Positions 15,950-26,824 are shown, numbered from the stretch's first letter. The stretch is 64,000 bases of DNA from a virus (IMGVR_UViG_3300020047_007062:1-64000), one strand, 5' to 3'. Program-made: numbers and translations. The notes: generated by a model not told the origin, from the letters alone.

Positions 15950-18900
15950 TCATGGTTTATACCCCTCAAGGGCTGCGTTGTACTTCTGAATATCCCCCTC
16001 CAAGTCCCTGTCGGATGGTGCGTTCCCCCACTTGGCCGTCATGGTCGCAAAGGCAGCCTTATTACTCAAAGTATTGATCTCGCTGATCTCCCTCTTGATC
16101 TCGTCCCTCTCCCTGATGTCAACAAGTTCCTTACCCAACTTGGCCTCGTAATTGGGGTCTTCTGATGTGATCCCCCTGTCGGTCAATTCCCTCTTGGCCT
16201 TGCGTAATTGTTCAAAGGTAGCGGCAGCCACGTACTGTTTGTAGATGTCGTCCCTCGTCTGCTTACTGTCCTCCTGTAACATGGCGTCAATCCTCCTCTC
16301 CTTCTGCCCCACGGGATTGGTAGCGTAATAAGCCTTGACCAATGCATCAAACTTCTTGGCCTTCTCAAGCCCGTACTCATACAATTCCTTTTCGGTCATG
16401 GTGCGTAACCCGTACCTCTGACTTGGGTCAAACACTTTGTACGGTTCGAGGTCTTCCCGAACATTCAACACGCGGGGGTAGTAGTCACTCACGAACTTAT
16501 CCACCTTGTCACCCATCTGCTTTTCCTTAAACATGGTGAGCCACCCGTTCACCGAATTGGCGTAGATGTCCCCTGTCTTATATTCCCGTCCCCTGTAATC
16601 GTAGGCGGGTTTATCCAATGCCCAACCACCAAACAGTCCCATATTCTTTTTCACGTAATCCCCAAAGGTGATAGGGCTTTTCGCTTGGGGATGGATTGTT
16701 TGCTCAAGTTGGCGGGATGTCTGCACCAAGGGGATCAATGCCCTCGTACTCATATCCGCAATCAAATTCTTGAGGTATTTTGGATCGTCATAACGACTTG
16801 TGATGTCCCTGATTCCCCCAAGTTGTCCGTCCACGATGATGTCACTTGCCATCTTGGTCATGTACTGCCAAGTGCGGTCTGTGAATGTTAAGTCCTCGAA
16901 GTTATCCACGTACCTGTTGAGGTCAGCGTATATCGCTTCGGCCCTTATCGCCCCACCCATCGTTCCAAGTGCCTCGAAGGGGATGTTATAGTTCCCAATC
17001 CTAACCGCATCCTTGGGCCTTGTCACGCTCTCTGTCTTTGACCGTTTCCAATCGCCGGAACCACTACCGAAGAAGGGGGATTTAACCTCGTCTTCCTCAT
17101 CGTCCTCGTCAAACATGGCGTATGCCAATAATGCCAATGTACGTACTGCCAATCCAATCGAGGCGCGGACAATAAATTCGTGGCCGTGCTGAAAGGATTT
17201 CATGGCGCCCAACTTGTCACCTTCCACGAGGCGCTTGTATGCCGCTGCGGTCATGTAACCCGCCCCCTTGGTGTACCCGTAGGTTGGGATATACTCCAAT
17301 GTCTTCTCAACGATATTCCCAACGCCCTTGATGAAGGGGATAATGGTTCCTGTAATCGTGTCAATTAATACTTGTACGAATCTGAAAAAATCTTCCGCGA
17401 ATTTGGATGTCGTTGTTGTTACTATCTTCTTGGTAATTGACTTCAAGACAGACACAATGGCGTCAAGCATCCCAATAGTCAACCTACTGATACCATACTG
17501 CTCTTGGCTCTTGTATGTATTCCTATTGGCGAAATAAGCCGCCTCCTTGACAATCTCTTGTCCCCTTCCCTGCACGATGATCTCATACACCCTCCGCATG
17601 AAACGGTTGTTGTCCTTAGCGTTGTCCCCCAAGTTAATACCCATCTTGGCGTAGTCCGCCTCTGCCTGTTCTATCGCGTCTTCCAACGTCACGGGGTACA
17701 TCATCTCCAATGTCTTAGCCTCCAACGCTTCCATTGAGAGCGCGGGTTCCTCGATCATCAACTTATGTTTGATGAACGTGTAGGTCTGCATCTCTTGGAG
17801 TAACACTTGGTTAAGCGTGTCGGGGAACGACAATACCCTACCCACGTACTTGTTGACCCCCTGCATCTTGGAATAATACTTACCAAGCAAGGTCGTGTAT
17901 TCAGCGGGGGAGAACTCCAAGGTACGGACGCGGGGTGAACCCTCCTTAGTTTCGGTGATCTCCGAATAAGCCGAACCCAAGTCCACACCTCCCCTGAGCA
18001 ATATGTCAAGGGCCGTGCGGAGTGCTGGCTTAATAGCCCGTGCTACCGCTTTATTCACATTCACATCGGGTTTCTTACCCCTACCCAATGACGAGTACAG
18101 GTTAAGGAGCGAATGGTGCAGGTACATCGGGGGTAATTCGAAAAATCCCGTCAGGTTCTTGAGCGTTGTTATGTAACCGGCGAGCATACCCGACTTCATA
18201 AAGTCTTGGAACCTGCGGGTAGTAAATTCATGTTGTAGTTGCAACAGACGGGCCGTGAACTCCTCCTCCAAACCCTCCCTCTCAAACCCACGGGGGGCCT
18301 CGTCAATCTTCCTAAGTTGTTCCTCCATCCAATCCTCGTCTTCCTTGGTCATGGACTTAATACCCAAGTAGTCGGCGAGTTCGGCGAGGACGTCCGCCCG
18401 CTTGAGCGCCCCTATGTTGTGGGCCTCAATGAGTTTGTCAATGCGGGTCTTTCTGATTCCCTTCTTGCGCTTGCGGCTACCGATCAAACGGTTAATGGCC
18501 GATTCCTGCTTCTGACGGTGGAGTTCACGGAACCTCGGTGATATTTCCGTGATAAATTGGTCAGCGGCCTGTTCCCCCACTTTGGGGACGAGGGCTTCCC
18601 TTATTTTGTTTAGGGCATCATCGGCATTTTTGGAACCTTGGACAAGGGGTGACCAGTTGACCCGCACAACCTTCTTACCCTTGATGGTTGATTCGGTAAA
18701 GAGGCCCATGTCAATGAGGGCTTGGCGGATTTTCTTGTCAACACTCACCTTCTTTTTGCCACCCTCCTTCTCACTAATGAGCGCCATCGCTTCATCCACT
18801 TCTTCGTCGGTTGACAGGTCTGACATTGGGTAACCCATATCAACCAAATCTTGGCGTACATTCTTATAGAACTCCGCAATATCTTCCTTGTACTTGCCCC

Positions 18901-21900
18901 CCGTCAGTTTGGAGAACTCGTTGTAGAAGTCCACAAAGTTGTTAGCGCCCCTCTCCACAAGTTTGGCGGCGATTATAGCCGCGTTCTTGTACATTTCGGG
19001 GTTCAGGAATGGGTTGGCCGACAAGGTTCCTAAAAACTCCTTTTTTGCCCTCTCATACGCCTCATCGGAAACGAGGGTAATCTTGGACTTGGGCCTCCTC
19101 CCCTTCTTCTTTATCCTGTCAAGTTCCTGTTCCAACGTGCTTACCCTCTCCCTCTCGGCCATGAGGGCTTCCATTGCTTCCTCATACCGTTTGTCGGAGG
19201 CAATGGCGTCCTCTATCTCTGCGGCCTTCTTCTCGGCCCCCTTCATGCGGTTCCGATTGCGTTCGGCCAAATCTTTTTTGATCCTGCGGATAACGGCGAA
19301 TGGGGTTGAGAAGTAGAGTTGGCTCAAGTAGGCAATGGCCCTACCCATGTCGCGGCTATACTTGTCGAGGACGTCCATGTACTGACCCATCTCGTCGGAC
19401 AACTTGGCCTTCTCCTTGGGGTCTGTATCCTTGTCGTTGATCTTGGCCCTTAGTTCGACCATCCTCTTACCGATAATAACGGTACGGAGGTAGGGGGCCA
19501 TCTTGGTTCCCTCGGTGATTGCTTCCTTGAGGGCTGCATCCAAACCACCCATTGCTTCCACTACTTGGTCGGCCAATGCCTCCATTTCATCGAAGGGGAG
19601 TTCATCGTATAAACGTCCGAGTTCATCCCCGATTTCCTTGGCGGTTGCCTTGTCCATACCCTCGGCTCGTTCGGTGATGGCTTCAACGACTGCCTTCTTG
19701 CGGCGCTCCCTATTCTCCTTGTGGGTGTTGGGGTCGGCGGGGTCGGGGAATGGCTTAGGTTCTTCCTCCACCATTTCGGGGATTGCCTTACCCAACTTCT
19801 CGTCAATGAACTTCATGGCTTCATCGGCCTTGAACTTAGCTTCCTTCCCCTTGAGTTCATCCACCGCTTGTTTGATCTTATCGCGGAGTTGTTTGGCGGT
19901 AATTGTTCCCGCTTTGTAGGCATCCACCAAAGTAGCCACCGTTTCAATCAATCCGTTCCACCGGGGGACGGCAATGCCGAAGGCTACCACTTCAACTTGT
20001 GGGGCTTCCACTTCTGTTGGACTTAGTAGTTCTTCTACCGCTTTGTCAATAAATTTATTAAACTCTTTATTAAAGTTATTTATGTCATCAATTTCTGATT
20101 GTTCAATATCTTCATCAAATCTTTCTTTCCAAGACTCTATTGTCCAATTATCTTTTCTTTTGCTTTCTTTTAATTTTTTTAATTCCAATTCTGCCTTTTT
20201 GCTATCTCCTCTTGCGTTTAGTATTCTTATTCTTTTTGCAGCAAGTTCTATTTCTTCGTATTTTACAACTTTACCCAAGTTATCTCTTGTGATGTCATTT
20301 GCTTTAGACCATGATGAAAATTCGTCATCTGATAATTTTGCTATTACATTTTCGTCTTTAAGATTTTTTATTTCTTGTTGAAAATCTGAATATTCTTGTA
20401 GCAATGCTTTTTCTGCATCCGTTAGGTTTTCATTTAGTTGATTTTGAGCGTTGAATTGTTTTATGCCGATATACCCCAGCTTTTTAGCTTTTTCATCTAA
20501 GGATGATTTTTTACCCTCCAACGCCTTCGCTGTGCTTTCAACGTCTGCAAGCGCAGGTTGGGCGGTTTCCGTGGGGGGTGTTCCTAACAAACTTTCAACT
20601 GCCTCAACCAATTCGGGGTTAGAACCATCAGCCTTGGCGGCATGATACGCTTGGGACACAGTTAATGACGGCGGCCTTTCATCAATAATCCACGCCGGGA
20701 TAAATTCCATTCCCTGCTCTCTCCAAAACCTAATACGGTGATTCCCGTCAAGAATCTGTATGTTCCCATCACTTTCTATTTTTATTTTGGCAGGAGGCAT
20801 TCCTCTATTTTTCCCCATTAATTCAGACCAATCATACTCCCCCACTCCTTTTAACGGGCTTTCTTCCTCTGCTAAAACTTCATCAGGAACCTCGTTGCTT
20901 GGGATATATCCCTCATAAATAAACGCATCTTTCGACGCGCCGTAATCCTTTCGTATAGTCTCCTTTGTGACCTTTGATTCACTATCTTGTAAATCCCTTG
21001 CGGAAAACGCAACATCGGGCGTAGTATCGCTATCATAATCCTGATATGGCACGTCTAAGTAGCCGTCTAATTCCTTCACTTTAGCAACATCGGCCATCTC
21101 CATTGCCTTCGCCGTGCTTTCAACATCTGCAAGCGCATCAGTTGGCACATCTTGTACACTTTCTGCCGTTTTCTTTACATCTCCCCCCTCATCTGTAACA
21201 ATTTCAGCCGTTAATAAATCGGAATATTTGTCATCAAATAATTGCCTAAGTTTTGCAGGTATTTTATTCAATAGTGCTTCATCCCCATATAATTTACCTT
21301 GAAAATATTGCATTACATAGTCTGCAAAGTTTTCTTCTTGTAATGACGCACTTGTTTCTTTGCCATTACCGCTTTTTTCTTGTGATTCATAATGTTTTGC
21401 CATTCCCGTTTCAATTGGTAATGACCTAACATAATCCCTTTCTTCTTTAGTTAATTTAGTCCATTCGTGATGCCCTAATTCGTGGCTCATTGCATTTGTA
21501 ACTTGTCTTATGTTTTCAAATGCTGAATTATTATTTAAGTGTATTTTGTTGTCAGAATAATGAGCGAACATTTCTTCTGCTGGTCTATTTTCACCATGTA
21601 TTTTAGTCACCCCTAATTTATTGAGTATGTTTAAGAATTTGTTATTTTCTAATAGTATTTTAAGGTGGCTTGCATTCAAGTCTAAATCAATTAATGAATT
21701 ACCAACTTTGTAATAACCACCCTCCGTATGTTCTAAATCGTCTAATTCATAATCCGCCCTTTTTAGCTTCTTATCTCTTGGGCTTAATTTATCCCACTCT
21801 TGTTTTGCTTTTTCAAAGTTTGATAAATGTTGTTCGTTACTAATAATACCTAATTTATCACCAACTTTTTCCTTTACAGGTTCCTTCTCCACTACCCCCT

Positions 21901-24664
21901 CCCCGACGGGTGGGGCCATCAGTTCCTTCATGGCGACCTCAATGGCCGCTATCCTCTCCTCGGCCACGGGGTTGGGTACTGACAACGCCTTCTGCTGCTC
22001 CTCAATCCCCTGCTTCTCCAATTCCAACGCCACCACCTGTGGTTTAACATCCTCCGGCAACCCCTCGGTGGCCTGTTCCACTTCCCACCACTTCTCAAGC
22101 AACAAACCAACGTCGGGTTGACCCTCCAACAACTTCTGTAATTGTGGATTAAGCGGATCACCCTCTTTGACCTTCTTGGCCAATGAGGACAACGCTTGCG
22201 CCTCTATGGGAGACACGGGCTTTTTCAAATAGCCACCTGCAACAACGCCACTACCTAACATACCCCCTATTGTACCAACCTCGATAAGGTCATTGGTTTC
22301 GATGGGGTCAAAACGCTGTTCGCCCACAATCGTATTGGCTACTGACTTGTAAATGCCTGACGCGAGTTCTACCGCTACCTCCTCCCCTGCTTCCTTCCCA
22401 AAACCAGTAGTCACCTCAGTCTCGAATGAGGATTTGAGGGCTTGTGACAATGTGTTCTTGTCCCACTTCCCCTTGGCGAGTTCCTTAATGAGTGACCCCC
22501 TCCACCGTTTGCCCGCGTCTGCCGCCAACTTATTTTCCTGTACCATCACCTCCATGACGGACGTAATAGCTGTCAATGCCATTGACGCTTGGGCCGCATC
22601 CCGTGGGGCAAATCCCGCATCAATGAACTCCCGATAGTTGTCCCCCGCTTGGGTCACAAAGGCCGTCCCAACGATACCCGCAGCACCCAATGGGCTTGCC
22701 CCTGCGGCCATGAAGGCAGCTAAGTCAACAACACCTGCCGATAGCTTGGGGAGTAGTGTCTCCGCCCCACCCTCATCAAACAATCCTTTGTTGAGAGATG
22801 GGAGTGTCCCGCTTTCGGGGGTAATCATTAAGTCACTCCATTCGGTCATGTTGTCAAAGAGGACGTCGGTTACTCCGTACTCCCCCTCGGCACCGAAAGC
22901 ATCGGAAATCACCTTGGGTAATTCAGCCATGTTCCGGCCAACATTCTGTAACCTATTCTGAATAGGTAGGGCTACTTGCTCTTGTAAGAGGATGAATGGC
23001 GTAGCGATTCCAGTCTCCCCCCTTTTGGCAGCCGCATATAATTCTTCCCTCGCCTGTATCGTTGCGTTAATCTCATCTACGTCCTTCTGTAATTCGGGGA
23101 ACCGTGGGTCAACCTTTAGATCACCACCCTCGGTGAATAGGGCGAGGTTGTAGGTGTTGAGTACGTCGCTTGCTTCTTGTGCCTTGGCTATATCCTCATC
23201 GGTTAGACCATACTTGGTAAAGATGGCGTCCTTGGCGGCCTGATTAGCCGCTTCCACCTCCGCTACCTTGGCCTCCATCGCCTTGACTTTCTTGTACAAC
23301 GGTTCGGGGAGGGGGCGTATAGTGCCGTCCTCATTACGGTAGGCATCTAATTCGGTGTTTATGGCCGTAATGGCTGCCGCATCGGGGGTTACAGCCGCTA
23401 TTTGATACTCATTATTTGCCGCTTCAACGCGCTTAAATAAGTCACGATTCTCAACTTGTAGGGCGTTCTTTTGAAACAGCCTTGCGGTAGTCAATAACTT
23501 GTTTTGTGCCTTTTCTTGGGCATACCCCTGTGGAACCAACTTCCTATCTACAAGGCCATAATCCGCAAGTAGCTTGTTGTTATTGGGGTCATTCCTTGCC
23601 GCGTCGTACTTGTCGGGGTCTGTCACCTGCCAATACCGTAGGGTATTCTTTAGGGCCGCGTAATCCTCATTTTCGGGCGTAACGGGTACATAACTATACT
23701 CCCTGAACTCTAATGCCCTGTAATCCTTCATAAACTTCCTCTGCTCATCGGTGAGGGCATCGGGCTTCTCGACTGTGTACGCGGCACGGGTCTTTTCGGA
23801 CGCTTCCTCCTTGGCTATGGCCTCATTACGTTCCCGTTCTTGGGCTTCCAACTTGTCAAACATTGCTTTGTTTGCGTTGGTCAGTCCATTGGCGGGGTCA
23901 ATCACTAAAGAGGGGATAGGTGGCTTTTCGAGTTTGGCGTTTAGTTCCGTAGAGGCAGCCATGAACTTGTCAACGGCTGATTCGAGTTTGGATGCGGGCT
24001 TAATCGGTTGCCCCGCCTTCCACCCCTGACCCGTTCCGGTAGCACCAAACCTGACTGGCTTGCCTTCTTCTAAAGGCGTTCCTTTTTTATAGCCACCTTC
24101 GGCATATTCCTGAGATTCCTTCTCTGTTTTGAAGCTACGAAATTCATCGTTCTTTAATGCGTAATCAATAGCATCGTCAACGCTTAACTCAACCAACTTG
24201 CCATCTTTTTCTACAATGGTTGGAAACGCGATATACTTCCCGTCAACCTCCGCGCTTGCCATTTTATGTGTGCTTGTGGTTCCATCGGGATTCTTGATTG
24301 ATTGAGACGGGTTTAATGCCCGCTTTTCAAAGTTCTTTAGTTTACCCGTTACGGTAGGTGTTTGAGAAGGCTTTTGCGGCTGCTGAACAGGATTTTTTGA
24401 ACCGTTTGACCCAACGCCAAAAACGTCCACCACTTCCTGTGGCGTTGGTTCTTTTTTTTTTACGCCATCCACGGGGACTGCGTTTGGCATGTCCTTCAAA
24501 AATTCCCCAACCTTACTCAATGGAATATTGTACTTCTTATCCCCAACGGTATAGGCCACCACTTCTTCCGCGTCGGGGTAATCGGCCAAAAATGCCTTTG
24601 ATTCCTTTTCGGGAATGGCATACACTTTACCTTGTGTCCTATATCGCTTGATTGGGTCTTGCAT
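15950..24664 (-). CDS. Giant (2904 aa) internal virion / DNA-ejection polyvalent protein
   Basis: Follows tail and pilot genes; mostly helical; internal zincin HELGH and ParB-like DGNHR modules. Confidence 0.7.
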   Translation of the reverse strand: MQDPIKRYRTQGKVYAIPEKESKAFLADYPDAEEVVAYTVGDKKYNIPLSKVGEFLKDMPNAVPVDGVKKKEPTPQEVVDVFGVGSNGSKNPVQQPQKPSQTPTVTGKLKNFEKRALNPSQSIKNPDGTTSTHKMASAEVDGKYIAFPTIVEKDGKLVELSVDDAIDYALKNDEFRSFKTEKESQEYAEGGYKKGTPLEEGKPVRFGATGTGQGWKAGQPIKPASKLESAVDKFMAASTELNAKLEKPPIPSLVIDPANGLTNANKAMFDKLEAQERERNEAIAKEEASEKTRAAYTVEKPDALTDEQRKFMKDYRALEFREYSYVPVTPENEDYAALKNTLRYWQVTDPDKYDAARNDPNNNKLLADYGLVDRKLVPQGYAQEKAQNKLLTTARLFQKNALQVENRDLFKRVEAANNEYQIAAVTPDAAAITAINTELDAYRNEDGTIRPLPEPLYKKVKAMEAKVAEVEAANQAAKDAIFTKYGLTDEDIAKAQEASDVLNTYNLALFTEGGDLKVDPRFPELQKDVDEINATIQAREELYAAAKRGETGIATPFILLQEQVALPIQNRLQNVGRNMAELPKVISDAFGAEGEYGVTDVLFDNMTEWSDLMITPESGTLPSLNKGLFDEGGAETLLPKLSAGVVDLAAFMAAGASPLGAAGIVGTAFVTQAGDNYREFIDAGFAPRDAAQASMALTAITSVMEVMVQENKLAADAGKRWRGSLIKELAKGKWDKNTLSQALKSSFETEVTTGFGKEAGEEVAVELASGIYKSVANTIVGEQRFDPIETNDLIEVGTIGGMLGSGVVAGGYLKKPVSPIEAQALSSLAKKVKEGDPLNPQLQKLLEGQPDVGLLLEKWWEVEQATEGLPEDVKPQVVALELEKQGIEEQQKALSVPNPVAEERIAAIEVAMKELMAPPVGEGVVEKEPVKEKVGDKLGIISNEQHLSNFEKAKQEWDKLSPRDKKLKRADYELDDLEHTEGGYYKVGNSLIDLDLNASHLKILLENNKFLNILNKLGVTKIHGENRPAEEMFAHYSDNKIHLNNNSAFENIRQVTNAMSHELGHHEWTKLTKEERDYVRSLPIETGMAKHYESQEKSGNGKETSASLQEENFADYVMQYFQGKLYGDEALLNKIPAKLRQLFDDKYSDLLTAEIVTDEGGDVKKTAESVQDVPTDALADVESTAKAMEMADVAKVKELDGYLDVPYQDYDSDTTPDVAFSARDLQDSESKVTKETIRKDYGASKDAFIYEGYIPSNEVPDEVLAEEESPLKGVGEYDWSELMGKNRGMPPAKIKIESDGNIQILDGNHRIRFWREQGMEFIPAWIIDERPPSLTVSQAYHAAKADGSNPELVEAVESLLGTPPTETAQPALADVESTAKALEGKKSSLDEKAKKLGYIGIKQFNAQNQLNENLTDAEKALLQEYSDFQQEIKNLKDENVIAKLSDDEFSSWSKANDITRDNLGKVVKYEEIELAAKRIRILNARGDSKKAELELKKLKESKRKDNWTIESWKERFDEDIEQSEIDDINNFNKEFNKFIDKAVEELLSPTEVEAPQVEVVAFGIAVPRWNGLIETVATLVDAYKAGTITAKQLRDKIKQAVDELKGKEAKFKADEAMKFIDEKLGKAIPEMVEEEPKPFPDPADPNTHKENRERRKKAVVEAITERAEGMDKATAKEIGDELGRLYDELPFDEMEALADQVVEAMGGLDAALKEAITEGTKMAPYLRTVIIGKRMVELRAKINDKDTDPKEKAKLSDEMGQYMDVLDKYSRDMGRAIAYLSQLYFSTPFAVIRRIKKDLAERNRNRMKGAEKKAAEIEDAIASDKRYEEAMEALMAERERVSTLEQELDRIKKKGRRPKSKITLVSDEAYERAKKEFLGTLSANPFLNPEMYKNAAIIAAKLVERGANNFVDFYNEFSKLTGGKYKEDIAEFYKNVRQDLVDMGYPMSDLSTDEEVDEAMALISEKEGGKKKVSVDKKIRQALIDMGLFTESTIKGKKVVRVNWSPLVQGSKNADDALNKIREALVPKVGEQAADQFITEISPRFRELHRQKQESAINRLIGSRKRKKGIRKTRIDKLIEAHNIGALKRADVLAELADYLGIKSMTKEDEDWMEEQLRKIDEAPRGFEREGLEEEFTARLLQLQHEFTTRRFQDFMKSGMLAGYITTLKNLTGFFELPPMYLHHSLLNLYSSLGRGKKPDVNVNKAVARAIKPALRTALDILLRGGVDLGSAYSEITETKEGSPRVRTLEFSPAEYTTLLGKYYSKMQGVNKYVGRVLSFPDTLNQVLLQEMQTYTFIKHKLMIEEPALSMEALEAKTLEMMYPVTLEDAIEQAEADYAKMGINLGDNAKDNNRFMRRVYEIIVQGRGQEIVKEAAYFANRNTYKSQEQYGISRLTIGMLDAIVSVLKSITKKIVTTTTSKFAEDFFRFVQVLIDTITGTIIPFIKGVGNIVEKTLEYIPTYGYTKGAGYMTAAAYKRLVEGDKLGAMKSFQHGHEFIVRASIGLAVRTLALLAYAMFDEDDEEDEVKSPFFGSGSGDWKRSKTESVTRPKDAVRIGNYNIPFEALGTMGGAIRAEAIYADLNRYVDNFEDLTFTDRTWQYMTKMASDIIVDGQLGGIRDITSRYDDPKYLKNLIADMSTRALIPLVQTSRQLEQTIHPQAKSPITFGDYVKKNMGLFGGWALDKPAYDYRGREYKTGDIYANSVNGWLTMFKEKQMGDKVDKFVSDYYPRVLNVREDLEPYKVFDPSQRYGLRTMTEKELYEYGLEKAKKFDALVKAYYATNPVGQKERRIDAMLQEDSKQTRDDIYKQYVAAATFEQLRKAKRELTDRGITSEDPNYEAKLGKELVDIRERDEIKREISEINTLSNKAAFATMTAKWGNAPSDRDLEGDIQKYNAALEGYKP
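20523..20555 (-). repeat. 33-bp direct repeat copy 2 encoding ALADVESTAKA
   Basis: 31/33 identical to 21105-21137. Confidence 0.9.
21105..21137 (-). repeat. 33-bp direct repeat copy 1 encoding ALADVESTAKA
   Basis: 31/33 identical to 20523-20555; both differences synonymous. Confidence 0.9.
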
Positions 24665-24666
24665 TG

Positions 24667-25950
24667 TTATTCCTCGTATTTATCCCACTTGTTCTTGTTG
24701 GCTGCGGGTGCTTTAGGCTTTTGTAGCGGCTTCTTCTGTACAGCCCACATCTCGGTTGCCTCTATGGGGTCTGCGCCCAAATAGGTCACAATACGCCCGT
24801 AATTCACATCCTCATTCGAACGGTCAAAGGGTACTTCTTCAACAATATCCTTCTTAACTGTCTTTCCATCAATACCTTCAACCATCTCCGTATCTGTTGC
24901 GAACTCCGCTATGTAACGGGGTGAGGCATCCTCCCCCAAGTCCTTGTAACCAATGAACACGCCCTGCCACTTGTTATCGGGGCCATAGAACTTCTTAGCC
25001 TCCGTGGTTCCAGACTGACGGGTAAAGGGTACATACTTGATCGTCCCATCGGCGTTGTAAACGGGCGTGGCCGTGTAGTCCCCCAACGTGAACCACTTGT
25101 CGTATGCCGTAAAATTACCTGCTGCCTCAGTAACGGTTGGTCGTGGCCCCACAGGCACAGGCAAGTCCCTCTCGATCTTGGGGGGTTGGCTTGCCCGCAC
25201 AATGGTCTTAAATTCCTCTATATCCTTCCAATACCCCTTGTCAATACCACGCTGAATGGCGGCCATCCCGTCGGGGGCAGCAATGAATGAATCCATCTTA
25301 ACCTCCAACGCCTTATCATCCACCTGCTCTACAATGTGCCGCCCGTCCTGTGTCACGGTTCTCTCCATGATGAGGGGTTCAATAATATCCGACGGGTTGA
25401 ACTTGCGGATCAGCATCGGTTTACTCTTAGCAAACTTTAATGCCTCCGTCAGTCCCTCCGCCGTGGGGGGAAAGCTGGTTAGCTTCTCATAATTGTCATA
25501 GGTCTCCGCATCCAATTCCTTGGACTTGTAGGGGTCATTCAGGGCGGATTCAACCATCTTAACGGCGTTCTTGTACTCCTCGGCCATTGCCGCGAAACGG
25601 TCAACGGCCCCCACGCTCTCGGTATATCCCGCCATCACTTTGGGGTCACTCCATGAACCCGTCTCCATTGCCAAATCCACTACCCCTTTGAGTTTCTCAT
25701 TGCGGAGTTGTAACCCCGCCGTGGCGTACTTCGCTTCGGGTGGTTTGTAATCAATGGACATGAATTTGTCCTGCAACTCCTGTTCGCGCTTGACGCGGGC
25801 TGCTTCCTGCGCTTGGGCCGTGGCGTACTTCTGTTTGTAGAAGTCAATGAACATGGAGGGGATGGCAGAACTGTCGAGTATCTGCGCGGCCCCCGAACCC
25901 TCGCGGCCCAATGCTACATTTGAAAGTGGTGCTGTCATAGTTATCGCCAC
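24667..25950 (-). CDS. Putative internal virion (ejection) protein
   Basis: Synteny between pilot-like and giant genes; helical. Confidence 0.5.
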   Translation of the reverse strand: MAITMTAPLSNVALGREGSGAAQILDSSAIPSMFIDFYKQKYATAQAQEAARVKREQELQDKFMSIDYKPPEAKYATAGLQLRNEKLKGVVDLAMETGSWSDPKVMAGYTESVGAVDRFAAMAEEYKNAVKMVESALNDPYKSKELDAETYDNYEKLTSFPPTAEGLTEALKFAKSKPMLIRKFNPSDIIEPLIMERTVTQDGRHIVEQVDDKALEVKMDSFIAAPDGMAAIQRGIDKGYWKDIEEFKTIVRASQPPKIERDLPVPVGPRPTVTEAAGNFTAYDKWFTLGDYTATPVYNADGTIKYVPFTRQSGTTEAKKFYGPDNKWQGVFIGYKDLGEDASPRYIAEFATDTEMVEGIDGKTVKKDIVEEVPFDRSNEDVNYGRIVTYLGADPIEATEMWAVQKKPLQKPKAPAANKNKWDKYEE

Positions 25951-26822
25951 GGATTAAAATATGAGGGCATCCTGAATCCACCTGTTTGATACGGCAACGG
26001 TATCTCCCCCGTGGGGGTAGCCGCTCCCGTCCCTGTTAGTCCTGTTGTACGTGGTGCAACTCCCATTGGTACTGTCACATCCATTGGGGAATGGCTGTAT
26101 GGAACCTGATCTCCCCACGATGGTGGTGGTGGAGGCGTTGGTGCCACCGCATTTTTAACCATCCCGTCAAACATGGTGGACGCGGGGGGTGTCATTGCCT
26201 TTGAGGCAGCAAGCCCCAATAGCGCACCATTCATCCCGCTGCCACCACCTGATGATCCCAATGTTTCAAGCAAGTCTTTGTACATGATGTCAGCGGCCCA
26301 TACCTGACCTGCGCCCTGTAATGCGCCCGCTGTGTTCTGAATACCCGAACCAATGAGGGCTGACTTGGTGGCCGCATCCTCCAAATACTTTTGTTGGTAA
26401 TCCCACGCCCACTTGTCCTTCTGCCATTGGGCCATGTGACCCAATTCGCTCCTTAGTATCTCCCTGCGGCGTTCCATGTCTTGTGCGTTCTGAATGTCCA
26501 AAGCGGTTTTCTGACCCATCCCGATTGCCGAAGCGTTGGTGAGGGCTTCAAGTGCCTGACCCGAACCCGTGCTGACCCTCCCTGCCGAACTACTCATGGT
26601 TCCCAAAGTGCGGTCAATATTGCTCATGGCTTGGTCATACCCCGCCATCTTGGACTGACCTGCTCCCAACTGCGCGAGGGACAATGCGTCCTTGGCCCCT
26701 TGGGGTATGGGCATTTCGGGGCGGTCAACATTCATGTTGCCTCCCTTAAAGAGTTGATAGACGCCCGTTAGTAGTTGGGGCGCTTGTGAGAGTAGTCCTA
26801 CTGTTAGTGCGCTTATCGGCAT
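25941..26822 (-). CDS. Putative pilot / ejection protein
   Basis: Gly/Ala/Gln-rich with hydrophobic N-terminus, typical of podoviral core proteins. Confidence 0.55.
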   Translation of the reverse strand: MPISALTVGLLSQAPQLLTGVYQLFKGGNMNVDRPEMPIPQGAKDALSLAQLGAGQSKMAGYDQAMSNIDRTLGTMSSSAGRVSTGSGQALEALTNASAIGMGQKTALDIQNAQDMERRREILRSELGHMAQWQKDKWAWDYQQKYLEDAATKSALIGSGIQNTAGALQGAGQVWAADIMYKDLLETLGSSGGGSGMNGALLGLAASKAMTPPASTMFDGMVKNAVAPTPPPPPSWGDQVPYSHSPMDVTVPMGVAPRTTGLTGTGAATPTGEIPLPYQTGGFRMPSYFNPWR

Positions 26823-26824
26823 GG

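Noticed and set aside
15950-24664. Giant protein as a crAss/N4-type virion RNA polymerase
   Set aside because: No DFDID/NADFDGD-type catalytic motif seen; DYDSD lies inside a variable cassette
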